Positions 1 to 11,270 of a DNA stretch of 64,000 nucleotides are shown here, one piece after another. The stretch is from NCBI GenBank assembly GCA_013416795.1, contig RQSC01000005.1:65764-129763 (forward strand). The letters are read 5' to 3'. The DNA is from Prasinococcaceae sp. CCMP 1430. Its lineage: Eukaryota > Plantae > Prasinodermophyta. The translations under genes were made by a program, and so were the position numbers. The notes beneath the pieces are model-generated. The model saw only the letters and a list, made by a program, of their open reading frames with translations, did no database searches and was not told where the DNA came from. Position 1 is the stretch's first letter; each line of letters starts with the position of its first letter.

Positions 1-12
1 GCGGCCGGCGGG

Positions 13-1536
13 ATGGCGGCGGCGGCGGCAGCGCCGGGCGACGCCACGGTCGAGCGCCTGGCGGCCAACCTGGTGTCGATGGGGTTCTTCGGCCCCACTG
101 GGCGCTTCAGCGGCGATTCGCTCAAGGTGGCCAGGGCCATCCACGAGCGCGCGCTGCTCGTCTCGAAGGCGACGGGCGACGTGCGCGACTACGCACGTGC
201 GGCGGGCACGCTCGCATGGCAGGCCGCAAAGGAGGGCGGCGCGGCCTCCGAGGCCGAGGGTGAGGCAGAGGCGGACGCGACCGTGCTGGACATCTCGGGC
301 GGCGCGAGGGAGTTCCTGGACGCAGAGCGTGCGGGGGAGCTCCTCGAGCGCCTGTCGGCCGCCGGTAGCCTGGTGACGCACGTCAAGCTCTCGGGCAAGT
401 CGTTCGGCGTGGAGGCGGCCGGCGTCGCCGCTGAGCGCCTCGCCGCCGCTGGCGAGCGGCTCGTGTCCGCCGACCTCAGCGACACCATCGCGGGGCGTCC
501 CGAGGACGAGGCGCTCGCCGCCATGACCGCCATGTGCAAGGGACTTGCCAGCGTGCAGCTCGAGGAGCTTGACCTGTCAGACAACGCGTTCGGCGAGAAG
601 GGCGTGCGCGCCGCGCGCGCGGCGTTCGAGGCGCAGCGGTCGCTGCGCTCGCTCAAGTTCCAGAACAACGGCATTTCCAAGGAGGCCGCCGCCGCGATTG
701 CGGAGATCCTCCCTGACGAGAGCGCGGCCACGCTGCGCCGGCTGCACTTCTTCAACAACATGACTGGCGACGAGGGCGCGGGCCACCTCTCCCGACTGCT
801 CGCGAAGTGCCGCTCGATGGAGGACTTCCGGTGCTCCAGCACGCGCGTGGGTGCGGCCGGCGGCGCGGCGATGGCCGCGGCGATGGCAGGCGCCACCAAC
901 AGCCTCCGTCGTCTCGACCTCGCCGACAACGTCTTTGGCGAGCAGGGTGCCATCGCGCTCGCGCACTGCATCGCAGTACAGCCCAAGCTCGAATACGCCA
1001 AACTCGGTGACCTCGGCGCGTGTGACCGCGGGATCGAGGCCATCTGTGCGGCGCTCGCACACTCGGGCTGCCCGCTGCGCGAGCTCGACCTGAGCTCAAA
1101 CGATCTCACCGAGACCTCCGCCATGCCCCTCGCCCGCCTGGTGGTGCTCAAGCGCGCCACGCTCGAGCGCCTGGTGCTTTCGGAGAATGACATGGGCGAC
1201 AAGGCCGCCGTGGTGCTTGGAGGAGCAATGGAGAAGGCGGGCGGCTGCCCTGCGCTCGCGAGCATCGAGATGAACTGCTGCGAGCTCTCGCGCGTGGGTG
1301 CGCTCGCGCTCGCGAAGGGTGCGCTCGCTGGCGACTCCAAGCCCATGGTGTCGGTGGACGACAACATGGTGAGCGCCGCCGGCGTCGCGCAGCTCGAGGA
1401 GCTGCTCGGGGACAGGCTGGGCAGCATGGAGGGCAACGACGAGGACGGGGGTGACAGCGATGACGGCGAGGGCACGGGAGACGCCAGCGGTGCGGTCGAC
1501 ATGCTCGCGAACGCGCTTTCAGGGCTCGGCGTGTGA
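13..1536 (+). CDS. RanGAP: Ran GTPase-activating protein (WPP-like N-terminal domain + RI-like LRRs + acidic tail)
   Basis: LRRs with RanGAP signatures (LSGKSFG, DLSDTIAGRPEDEAL, LDLSDNAFGEKG, LHFFNNMTGDEGA, FRCSSTRVG) and an acidic C-terminal tail. The frame is open to the window edge, so it could extend upstream. Confidence 0.9.
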   Translation: MAAAAAAPGDATVERLAANLVSMGFFGPTGRFSGDSLKVARAIHERALLVSKATGDVRDYARAAGTLAWQAAKEGGAASEAEGEAEADATVLDISGGAREFLDAERAGELLERLSAAGSLVTHVKLSGKSFGVEAAGVAAERLAAAGERLVSADLSDTIAGRPEDEALAAMTAMCKGLASVQLEELDLSDNAFGEKGVRAARAAFEAQRSLRSLKFQNNGISKEAAAAIAEILPDESAATLRRLHFFNNMTGDEGAGHLSRLLAKCRSMEDFRCSSTRVGAAGGAAMAAAMAGATNSLRRLDLADNVFGEQGAIALAHCIAVQPKLEYAKLGDLGACDRGIEAICAALAHSGCPLRELDLSSNDLTETSAMPLARLVVLKRATLERLVLSENDMGDKAAVVLGGAMEKAGGCPALASIEMNCCELSRVGALALAKGALAGDSKPMVSVDDNMVSAAGVAQLEELLGDRLGSMEGNDEDGGDSDDGEGTGDASGAVDMLANALSGLGV

Positions 1537-1936
1537 GGTGAGCGCGCCGGCGGGGTCGTCGTGGACCGTGAGGGAGGCATGTGCAGCAAGGCGAGGCAGG
1601 GGATGGCGGGCCTTCCCGGGACAGCAAGGGTGCGCGCACGAGTGCGCGGCGGCGCCGTCTCGCACCCGCGTCGCTGGCAGCTCGTAACGATCACACACTC
1701 CCACACTCCTACACGGGCCAGTTGTTGCATGCACAATCGACGGGTGCTCCCGCGTCGTGTTCTTGAAATCCAAAAAGTGTGGCGAACGCTCGTCTCCGCC
1801 GCCGTCCTAAAACCTGCTAAGGTTGGTTTGTGTGTTTGCGCGCGCTCTTAGGAGCGTGTTCGCTCTGCTGCTGCCGTCGCCGCCGCTGTTCGCCAGCGCG
1901 CGGCTCGCTGCGCGCTGCGACCGCGCGTGCCGGGCT

Positions 1937-3286
1937 CTACTTGTCTGCGTTGCCGCTTCCACCGCCAGCGCCGCCATTTGCGTCGCCCGCAGACGCCTTG
2001 GTGACCTCGCCCGCCGTACCTGTCGGCTTCGTGACCACATGCACCACAGCTGGCGAGCCGGACGAACTCGGCGTTTGCGCGTCGCTCATCTTGGAGGGGA
2101 GCACGCGCTCGGCGCGCACTTCGGCACCATTGGAGCGCTTTGCCAGCGGTGAGGACTCCCCCTTGAGCGGCGGGGCACTCAACTGTCGCGCCACCAGCGA
2201 CGTGGGCGCCTGCGGCGGCTTGGCAGTGCTCACCGGGGCAGTGCGCTGCCGTTGGATGGGTGCGGGCGCAGGCACGGGCGCGCTTCGGCGCGTGCGCCTC
2301 GGCGCGGCGATGCGAGGGCTGGCATTGAGCTCCGCGTGCAACCGGCGCGCGACCTCCGCGTCGTCCAAATTCTCGTCGCCCGGAGGGGTTGCCGCCTGAC
2401 CGGCCTCAGACCCATCGCGCCCGTTCGCCTCGCGGGCCTTCGCGGCGCGCTCCTGCTCGGCTGCCTTTCTCTTCTCTCTCTCCTCGCGCTCGATCCTCCG
2501 CTGCTCTGCCCTACGGGCAGCCGCGGCCTGAGCTGCCGCCTGCTTGCGCTCGCGCTCGGCCTGGCGCGCTGCCTTGGCCGCCTTGGCCGCAGCCTCTGCC
2601 TTGGCTCGTTTCTCCGCTAGCGCCTTCTCTCGCGCGGCCTTCGCTGCGAGCTCCTCGGGCGTGGGCTCCGGCGAGGCTGGCTCCTCGCGCTTCACCTCCC
2701 TCGGGGTGACCTGCTGCTGCTGCTGCGTGCGCGGTCGCTTGGGGGAGCGCACCGCGCTCGGCATGTCCGCCATGCCACTCTCAATGCCCGTCGCCGGCGC
2801 ACGACGCCCGAGCACGCGCTCGCGCTCGCGGCGGCCCGCAGCCAGTGCGCTCTTGAGCGTCGGCGTGCTCCATGGCCGAGGCAGCTCGGCGCCCTCCGCG
2901 TCCTCATCCTCCTTGCACCCCGCATTCCGCTCGCTCGTGGACGTGGGCTTAGTGTCCCCCGCGTCCTGCCCGTTGCCCGCAAGCTGGTGGAAGCGCTCGC
3001 TGAACCAGCTGTGCTCGCCCTCGGCCTCCTGCCTCAGCGCCTCCCAGTGCATGCGCTTCTTCGCTGGCAGGGGGCCGCCGATGTGCGTCGGCGAGCGCAG
3101 GTCCATGGCCCCGGCTTCGCCTGGGCTCCCGCACCCGCGTCGTCCCCCATTCTGCTGCTGCCCCTCGTGCTGGTGCCCATCACGCTGCCCGGAGCCGCCG
3201 TCTGCGCGCGCCGCCGCGCCATCGGGCGTGCCAGGCATGCTCGCGTCTGTCGCCGCGCTGCTGGGCGGCCTCGCGTCCACCTCCAT
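1937..3286 (-). CDS. Hypothetical low-complexity/coiled-coil protein with a DAEVARRLHAELNASPR motif
   Basis: Long ORF, first ATG at 3286 (MEVDARP...), charged A/E/K/R coil, and a UIM-like motif resembling the plant 'DEELAxxLHxELNSSPR' segment. Confidence 0.6.
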   Translation of the reverse strand: MEVDARPPSSAATDASMPGTPDGAAARADGGSGQRDGHQHEGQQQNGGRRGCGSPGEAGAMDLRSPTHIGGPLPAKKRMHWEALRQEAEGEHSWFSERFHQLAGNGQDAGDTKPTSTSERNAGCKEDEDAEGAELPRPWSTPTLKSALAAGRRERERVLGRRAPATGIESGMADMPSAVRSPKRPRTQQQQQVTPREVKREEPASPEPTPEELAAKAAREKALAEKRAKAEAAAKAAKAARQAERERKQAAAQAAAARRAEQRRIEREEREKRKAAEQERAAKAREANGRDGSEAGQAATPPGDENLDDAEVARRLHAELNASPRIAAPRRTRRSAPVPAPAPIQRQRTAPVSTAKPPQAPTSLVARQLSAPPLKGESSPLAKRSNGAEVRAERVLPSKMSDAQTPSSSGSPAVVHVVTKPTGTAGEVTKASAGDANGGAGGGSGNADK

Positions 3287-4534
3287 GGGACTCGACGCTA
3301 TTGTGTCAGCCTCTTCCGCGCGCGCCACACCGGGCAGCGCCTGCGGGCCGCCGCCGGCGACGCCGACGACGGCGGGGACGGCGCGGCACACCGCCCCTCT
3401 TTTTTCTTTTCCGGCCGCCTTTCCCGCGGGCAGCCGGCGGGCCCGCCTCTTTTAGGGTTTCGCGCGGGCGGTGTGGTGCCCGCGCTCCGCGCCCTGCGGG
3501 CGGCCCCCGCAGCCCCCTTTCCGTGCTGACGCGACGGGAGGGTGGAGGTGAGGGCGCGAGGGAGAGGGGCCGGGGGGGGGGAGGGGGGGTAAAGCCTGCG
3601 CCTGCGTCGCGCGCGCCGCGCGCACGCAGTAGCGCCCGCGACGCCCGCAGTCGCACGGTGTACCGCCGCTTCCCCCACCGCCAAAAAAAAAAGTCGGTCG
3701 AAAAACGAAAGGGAGAACGCATCACATCGCGAGCGACGGCGGGGGAAAAAAAAAACGATGCGCCGCAATGCAGAGTGCTGGTTTTCACATGATATTCAAC
3801 GGCGCAGCTGAAAATGCATGCGCGCGGGCCGTCGCCCGGCGTCGCCCGCGCTGGTGCGGGCCGCTGCCGCGCTGTGGCGCGCGCCCCGCCGCGAGGGGGC
3901 GACACACACACACACACCGCCGGAGCCAGCGCCCGCGCGCGCGCGGCGCGCGCATGCGTTCCGACCTCGGTTTCCCCCGCCCGCGCTTTCAATTCATTTA
4001 CATAGCATCTCCCCCAAAAAATTGGACTTGCGTGCGTTTTGCCTCGCCCCAACCCGAGCTCACTTCACACAGGACCGCGCCCTCTACGTTCAATGTGACA
4101 TATTCCCTTGCGTTTTGACGTCGCACGCGCCGCTTTGCGCCAGCGGGCGGCCGCGCCGATCGGCCGCCGGCCAAACGCCGGGAGCGAACGGGTCGAAACC
4201 TTTTCCGCGAAATCAAACCGGGAACAATCCTTTGCATTCTGACTTGTCTTCGCGACGCAATTTCCCGTCTTTGTCGTGCGGTGTGCGATCCGCGATTGCG
4301 CGGTCGCTCGGAGCGCGGCGCGCACGAGCGCAAAAAAAAAAAAAAAAGGGAGGCGTGCGAACGCCTGCGATTTGATGGGGCGGCTCCGATCAGCGAGCGC
4401 GCGCTGCGCTGCGCCAATCCCGCTGCGCTCGGCGAATCTTTGCGGTTTCACCCGGCTCATAGGGTTTGTATTTTGTGCGCGCGGGCGCGCGATCGCGTGC
4501 GTTTTGACGTGCGGGCGGCGGCGGGGCGGCGGAT

Positions 4535-5254
4535 GTGCTCAGCGCGCCACTTGGGAGCCCCTCGGGCGCGCTGCTCACCGCAGGCGCCCTCGCAGCCGGC
4601 GCTGGCATCGCCTCGATGAAGGTCGAGGAGTGGATGTGGGTGTCCAAGCGCGTCTTTCGCGCGGCCATGACGAGTTGCCGGCAGGCCGTCGACGCGCTGC
4701 GCGGCCACGTCGAGGCGGCGCGCAAGGAGCTGACGGAGCAAGTGGAGACAAGCAGGAGGGAGACGCTCGCGCGCGTGGACGAGGCTGAACGCCGCATCTC
4801 AGACGGCGTCGACGAGCTGCGCGACGCCGAGGAGCGCGCGGCGGCCGAGCGCGCCGAGCTGCGCTCCGGCGTGGAGGGCGTCCGGGCAGTCGTCGACGAG
4901 TCGGCGCAGGAGCTCGCTGAGGTGAAGCAGATGGTGGAGGCCGCGCAGGGCACCGTCATGCAGGTGTGGGAGAAGGTGCACTCAGTGCCCTCGGCGTCGC
5001 GCGCTCCCGCCGTGGCGCCGCCGACTGCACCCGCCCGCGCACGCGCCCCGGCGGCCGTCGTGAGTGTGGCGCCGGCGTCCCCAAAGCACAGGCACGCCGA
5101 GCCGACGGACGGGACCGACGATGCGAGCCCGCAGCTGCAGCGGCCGCAGCAGCCACTGTCGCAGTCGCAGGCTGGCTCATCCGCGCCCTCGCCGCAGTCC
5201 CTGTCCCGCCTCCAGGTGCTCCTTGACGCGATGCGCTCGTTCGAGCAGGCCTGA
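4535..5254 (+). CDS. DUF1664-like coiled-coil protein
   Basis: Hydrophobic N-terminal segment, then WMWVSKRVFRAAMTSC followed by heptad coiled coil, resembling plant DUF1664 (MFVTKR...). The track start is GTG, so the true ATG may be at MKVEEW (~4617) or in an upstream exon. Confidence 0.55.
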   Translation: MLSAPLGSPSGALLTAGALAAGAGIASMKVEEWMWVSKRVFRAAMTSCRQAVDALRGHVEAARKELTEQVETSRRETLARVDEAERRISDGVDELRDAEERAAAERAELRSGVEGVRAVVDESAQELAEVKQMVEAAQGTVMQVWEKVHSVPSASRAPAVAPPTAPARARAPAAVVSVAPASPKHRHAEPTDGTDDASPQLQRPQQPLSQSQAGSSAPSPQSLSRLQVLLDAMRSFEQA

Positions 5255-5367
5255 ATGAGGGCGACGCGAGGCCGGCGAAAACAAAAGGACGGCACGGGAG
5301 TCACGAGCCGGCGCTTGAGGCAACGCTGAGAGCTCTTTTAAGATTCGACTTAGATTTACTGCGCTCA

Positions 5368-8086
5368 TCACAGGTCTATGCGATCGTACACAAAGTCCGG
5401 CCGGCGGTCGAAGAGGATGGACAAGCCGATGTACAGGAAGAAGAGCGTCATAAGCCCCACCGAGAGCTTCGGTGTGAGCACCCATTCAGCCCAACGCAAC
5501 GCGAGCAGCATGATCACGGTGATCACGGAAAGCATGATGCCCGACACCAGGATGGGCGCCGCGTCTCCCGTGACGTAGGGCTCATTCCACACGAGGTGCG
5601 TGAGGAACATGGGCAAGCCGATGCCTAGGAAGATGTTGAACACGTTCGAACCGATCGCGTTGGCAACCGCCATGTCGCCCTCTCCGTCCTTGGCCACCAT
5701 GACGCTCGAGAGCGTGTCGGGGATGGACGTGCCCGCAGCAAGCACCACGAGGCCCATGAGGAATGACCCCACACCGATGTGGCAGCCAAACCAGTTCGAG
5801 AACTCCACCATGCCCCAGCTCGTGAGCCAAATCCACACAATCGACATGAAGAAGCTCACCCAGTAGCGCTTGGAGCGGTCAAACATTTCGTCGACACGCT
5901 CGCGCGAAAGCTTGCCGCGCACGTATGTGGCCTCCTCCGCGCCATCCTCGTCGGCCTTCAAAGCGCGCTGCTGTGCCTCGGGGGGCAACTGCTCGAAGCT
6001 GAAGCGCTCGTCATCTTCGCCATCAAGCCAGATCTGGAAGCTGTCGCGGTCGCATGCGGGGATGGTGAGCCTGTACGCGATGCTCCACGGCCATGACAGT
6101 ACGCCCATCACTCGCGAGACCAGCGTGTCCTCTTCCTCCTCCTCGATGGCCTTGAAGTCGTCCTCGTTCGCCTTGAAGAGGGGCAGCAGGTCCTCGCGCA
6201 TAGTTTTGACGCCATCGACAACACGCAGCATCTGCTGGGCGAGCGTCAGCAGCATGCGCTCGTGCGTGGTCGCCGCGTCCATCACCTCCTCGTCCTCGAA
6301 TGTCACGGCGCGCTTTCCGGGGGAAGAAGTTGGGTTTCCAGGGCCGGACGCGGTCGCAGCTGTGCGAGCCTTGCCGTTCCCCTTTGGCGCCGCGCGGCTG
6401 GCCGCGCCGGCCAGCCGGCGCTCCTTCGCGCTCTGCATGATCGCCTCAATGCCCTCTTTCAGCTCGCCGCGCCACGCGTCTTTGCGGCGCGAGCCGCCGA
6501 GCTCGCCGACCAGCTCGATGTCAGATGTCGCCGCGCTGTTCTCGCCCACGATGTCGGCCACGTCGACTGCGACATCCTCGGTGCTGGCATCAGCGTCCTC
6601 GGCGATGTCCGCGTTACGAGGCGCGTTGCCTTGCGTGGCGGCCTTGAAGCCGCCGTGGAATTGGGGCACGTGTTGCTCCTCAGCGCTCGCATCTCCGCCA
6701 ACCGCCGGTGACTGCAGCTTGCCAAGCGCAAAGCTGCTGCGGCGGTGCATGAGGGTGCTTTCGACTTCGGCTTGATCTGGGACGCCGTCCTGCGCGACGG
6801 GTGCGGATTCGGAGTCAGCCGTGCAAAGCATACCGTCTAGGCCCCGCGGTGGCTGCGGGCGCTGATGCGCCATTCGATGAGTGCGCGCAGCGATGCGTGC
6901 ACGCGCGCGTGCCTCTCGTACCTTGATCTTGCCGTACTCAGCGATGTGCTTTGCCATGCCGCCCTTCTTGGCCAGCCAGTTCATGAGCTCCGTGTCCTTA
7001 ATCATAGCATGCACGTAGACCGCGTAGCATCCCGTGAGAATGAGGCCCTCCCACCACTCAAAGCCGGCCTCGCCGTCGATGGCGGGGTCGTCCGGGTATT
7101 TCACAGGGGTGAGCGCAAAGACCACCGCCAATGCAATCGAGAACACATAGAATGCCGCGTCGCGGGCGAGCGGGCGCCAGTCGAGGAAAAGGCCGTCGGG
7201 CAGCTCCCGGCCGGCCGCGCGTTCGCAGCGCGCCTTGGCGCGACCGCGCGGCCCCGCGCCAAAGTAGCCGCTCACGCACACGATCATCACCAGGTTGAAC
7301 ACGGCGGAACCCAGGATGGTGCCCACGCCTGTCGAGTCCTTGGTGGTGAACACGGTGACGAGGCTCGTCGCGAGCTCGGGAGCAGACGAGCCCGCGGCCA
7401 TGAAGGTCGCGCCCGCGACCTGCGCTGACAACCCGAGCTTCTCGCTGATGATTTCCAGGGAGGTGCAGAAGTAGTCATCGCACACGATGGCAATGCCTAC
7501 GAAGGCACAGGCGCAAGCGAGTGCGCGCGCGAGCAGAGATGGCGCGCGTGATTTCAAGCGCGGCGCGATGGGGGTCAGTTAGAGCGTGCTGCGTGCGCCA
7601 GGCAGAGGGAGGCGTGCCGTGGCTGGGAGGTTGGCCCGCCATTGGGTGGCGCGTCATCCTCGAGCGCCCTCTGCGCGCCGCGACGCCACGCACCGAGGAA
7701 GACATACAGTATGCCCACGATGTACAGGACGATGGCGAGCGCGCTGTTGTCGCGATCGAACTTCCGGTCGAGCACGCTGCAGTGGCCGTCGTCGAGGTCT
7801 TCCGCGGCCGTCGCCGCCCCCTCCGCGCCGGCGGCGGCATCGTCCTCCGTGAGGAAGCGCGGCATGTGCCCTCGCGCAGCCGAGACCTGGGCGTCGCTGC
7901 TCAGGCTGCGGCCGCCGCCGCCGCCCGGCACGCCGCCGAGCGCCGCCAGCGCGGTGCCGCGCCCATCGCGCCGTGGGCGGAAGGCCCCGCCCCGGCCCCC
8001 GCTGACGCGCGCCCTCTGCCTCCTCACACACACGCGCGGGCCGCCCGGCGGTGCTGACGCCCGCCGGCGGCCACGTCCATCGCCAT
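5368..8086 (-). CDS. K+-dependent Na+/Ca2+ exchanger (NCKX/SLC24-like, CaCA superfamily), spliced; 5' end uncertain
   Basis: Alpha-1 repeat (AIVCDDYF...VAGATFMAAGSSAPEL...GVGTILGSAVFN) and alpha-2 repeat (GLVVLAAGTSIPD...GDMAVANAIGSNVFNI). GT-AG intron 7497-7693 joins YVFL-G-IAIV. A possible in-frame intron lies near 6850-6920. Candidate starts are 7865 or 8086. Confidence 0.9.
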
Positions 8087-8816
8087 CCGCGCAGCCTTCC
8101 CAGATTGAATTTTGCCTTCCGCACAATAACAACGGACGCTCTTTTTTGCGCGCGTAATCCGCGTTTTCCGCCGGCGAGGGTCTCAGTCCGTGGCAAACAG
8201 GCCAAGAAGGAGGAGGGGGGGAGAGACTAAGGGGCGCGGGAGGGTCCGTAAAAACAAACGGTTGTGAAATTCGGCCAGCTTTCGCACCGGATAGTGCTGT
8301 GCGGCGGGGAACCGCTGCCGCCGGCGGCTGGCCCGGAGGGGTGCCGGCCTCAGTCGCTCGCGGAGGGCGAAACCAAAGACGCGCATGTAGAAAGACCTAC
8401 AATTCCATCATGATGAGGATGATGGTACATGGACACTGGCAAAGCGACGCGCGCCGGAGCGATTTTTAGGCCGGCGCGAATCCGCCTGGCGAGGCGGATT
8501 TTTTTTCAGGGAATATTCCTCGGGTTCGAACAGAACCAGATCTCGGGGTCGCGCTCGCTCTCGCCGAAACCGAAACTCGTCGAAAGGGTCCCGAGTGGAT
8601 TGATTTGGATTAGGGTTTACAGTACATTTATCCGAGGAGGTGTGCGCCGGCGGTGACGTGGCGGGTGGCGTGTGGCGTGTGGCGGCCGGCAGGGGCCACT
8701 CGAGCCATTCGGTACAGGACGCGCCGGGGGTGCCCCCCACCCCACCCCCCTGCCCACGGGCACACACACACACAGGGGCGGCGTCCCCGCCGGGCCCGGC
8801 GGGGCGGGCGCGTGCG

Positions 8817-11262
8817 ATGCTCGCCAAGATGACGTTTGACGAGAAGGCCTCGCTGCTCGGCGGCGTCGGGTACGCGAAGAGCCCGTACGTCGGCGCGACG
8901 GCTGGCGTGGCACGCCTGGGCGTCCCGCCGCTTCAGCTCAACGATGCAGGCCAAGGCTTCCGGACAGACGGCCAAAACGAGTCGTTGCCGGGAAGCAGCA
9001 CCGCCTTCCCTTGCGCGCTGGCCGTCGCCGCCACCTTCGACGAGGCACTTGCGGCCTCGACCGCTAGCGCCATGGCGCGCGAGTTTGTGAGAAAAGGCGC
9101 GAACGGACTCCTCGCACCCGCCGTCAACGTGCTGCGCGTGCCGCAGAACGGCCGCTCGTTCGAGTACCTCTCTGGCGAGGATCCTATATTGGGCGCGCGG
9201 CTCGTCGAGGCGACCGTGCTTGCCATCCAGGAGGAAGGCATCATCGCCACACCCAAGCACTTTATTGACAACTCGCAGGAGGAGCAGCGCCAAGGCGTCA
9301 ACGAGGTCGTCGATGGCCGCACGCAGCGCGAGCTCTACATGCGTCCGTTTGCCGCGGCGGCGCGCGCGGGCGCGGCGGCGACCATGTGCAGTTACAACCG
9401 CATTAACGGCCCGTGGGCCTGCGAGAGTGAAGCCACGCTCACCGGGCTGCTCCGCAAGGAAGCCGGCTTCGTCGGCTTTGTCATGAGCGACTGGGGTGGC
9501 ACCCACTCAACCGCTGCTGCGATCAAGGCCGGCATGGACCAGGAGATGGGGGAGGTGGATTTCTTCGCGCCCGCGAGGCTCAAGGCTGCCATAGCCGCGG
9601 GAGCTATGAGCGAGGCAGACGTGGACACAGCCGCCGTGCGCGTCCTGACATCGATGTATGCCATCGGGCTCATGGATGCCCCCCCCCGGCCACCTGGTTC
9701 CGTCCATGCCAATGTCACCACGCCCGAGCACGCGGAACTCGCGCGCAACGTGTCCGCGGCGTCGCTCGTGCTGCTGACCAACGAGCGGAAGGCGCTGCCG
9801 CTTCGCGCCGCGCAGCGCGTGGCCGTGATCGGCGACGCGGCACACAATGCGCCAATCGTAGTAGGGGGTGGGTCAGGCCGCGTGCAACCTCCCTACGTTG
9901 CAACGCATCTCCAGGGGATACGCGCCGCTGCAATCGCGGGCGGCGTGAGCTACACGCCCTCGGGTGATCGTGATGCCGCGGCTCTTGTGGCCGCTGCCGC
10001 CGATGTGGCAGTGGTTGTGGTCGGCGTGAACAGCAGCGAGGGATCCGACCGCGACAGCCTGTCGCTGGCCGCTGAGGATGATGCGCTCGTTGAGGCCGTC
10101 ATCGCAGCGCAGCCCGACACCGTAGTGGTCGTATGTGCGCCTGGCCCGGTGCTCATGCCGTGGACCCAGAGCGCCGGCGCGGTGGTGCTTCAGATATATG
10201 GCGGCCAAGAGGCGGGCAACGCCGTGGCTGACGTGCTCTACAACAGGTATTCGCCCACGGGAAGGCTGCCCTTCACCATTCCCAGGGTGGAGAACGAGCG
10301 CAAGTTCACCGAGGAGCAATACCCAGGCGTCGGCGGCGTTGTGCATTACACTGAGAAGCTCGCCATCGGGTACAGGTGAGCGTGAACGCGCTGCGCGCGC
10401 GTCGGTGCGCGCGCGGCACGCACGCACGCGTTTGCTGATGTGCTCTCTTTCGCGGCGCGCGAGATGCATCGCAGGTGGTACGACAGGACGTCCGTCGCCA
10501 CCGGCGAGGGGCGATCTGCCGGCGAGGACGGCGAGGCTGCGCCCACTTCGTCGCCCCAGCCCGCCTTCTATTTCGGTCACGGTCTGACGTACACCGAATT
10601 CTCCTATTCGGATGTGAGCACTCACGTGCCGCCGAGGGAGTATGCCGCTTTGGTGACCGCCTCGTTGGTCAACGTCGGTAGCGAGAGCGGCTGCGAGCTC
10701 GCCCAGCTCTACGTGTCGTGGCCCAAGGGCGGACTCGGCGCAGATGAGCCACCTGCGCAGCTGCGCGGCTTCGAGCGAATCTGTCTCAAGGCGGGGCAAG
10801 ATGCCGTCATCAACTTCGAAATCACACTAGAGGCGCTGCAGCTCTACGACGAGGACAAGGTGCGCTCCTGCTCGCGAGGGTTGGTGAGGTTGGAGCGCAG
10901 TGGAGCCTTCGATGGGGTCGCGTTTGATAGAGTGAGAACTTTACGTGCTGACGCGCCGTTTGCATTCGCTCGCGCCGGCACGCGCGCGAACGTCTCCACG
11001 AACGCGCGTGTCTGCGCGCGTGGTGTCCGCACCACATCCGTCTCCTCTGCAGGGCGAGTGGACTGTGCCAAGCGGCGAGTACGAAGCATTCGTGGCACCC
11101 TGTGCAGGCTGCCTCGGGGCTGCGGCCCCGGTCACTTTCAGCATTGGAACGCGTGCTTCCGTGGTGACGCGCGCAGAGGGTGCGGAGGCCTCCGGCGGTG
11201 CACCCTGCAGGGCTGGTGCTGTTGCCGCGGCGCAGAATGCGGCTGCTGTGGCAGTGATGTAA
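8817..11262 (+). CDS. Glycoside hydrolase family 3 beta-glucosidase, spliced; may have an upstream exon
   Basis: MTFDEKASLL, LNDAGQG, GRSFEYLSGEDP, KHF, MCSYNRING, nucleophile motif FVMSDW, SEGSDR, GYRWYD, FGHGLTYTEF and an Fn3-like C-terminus. Introns 10376-10474 and 10860-11052. Confidence 0.92.
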
Positions 11263-11270
11263 AATCTCAA

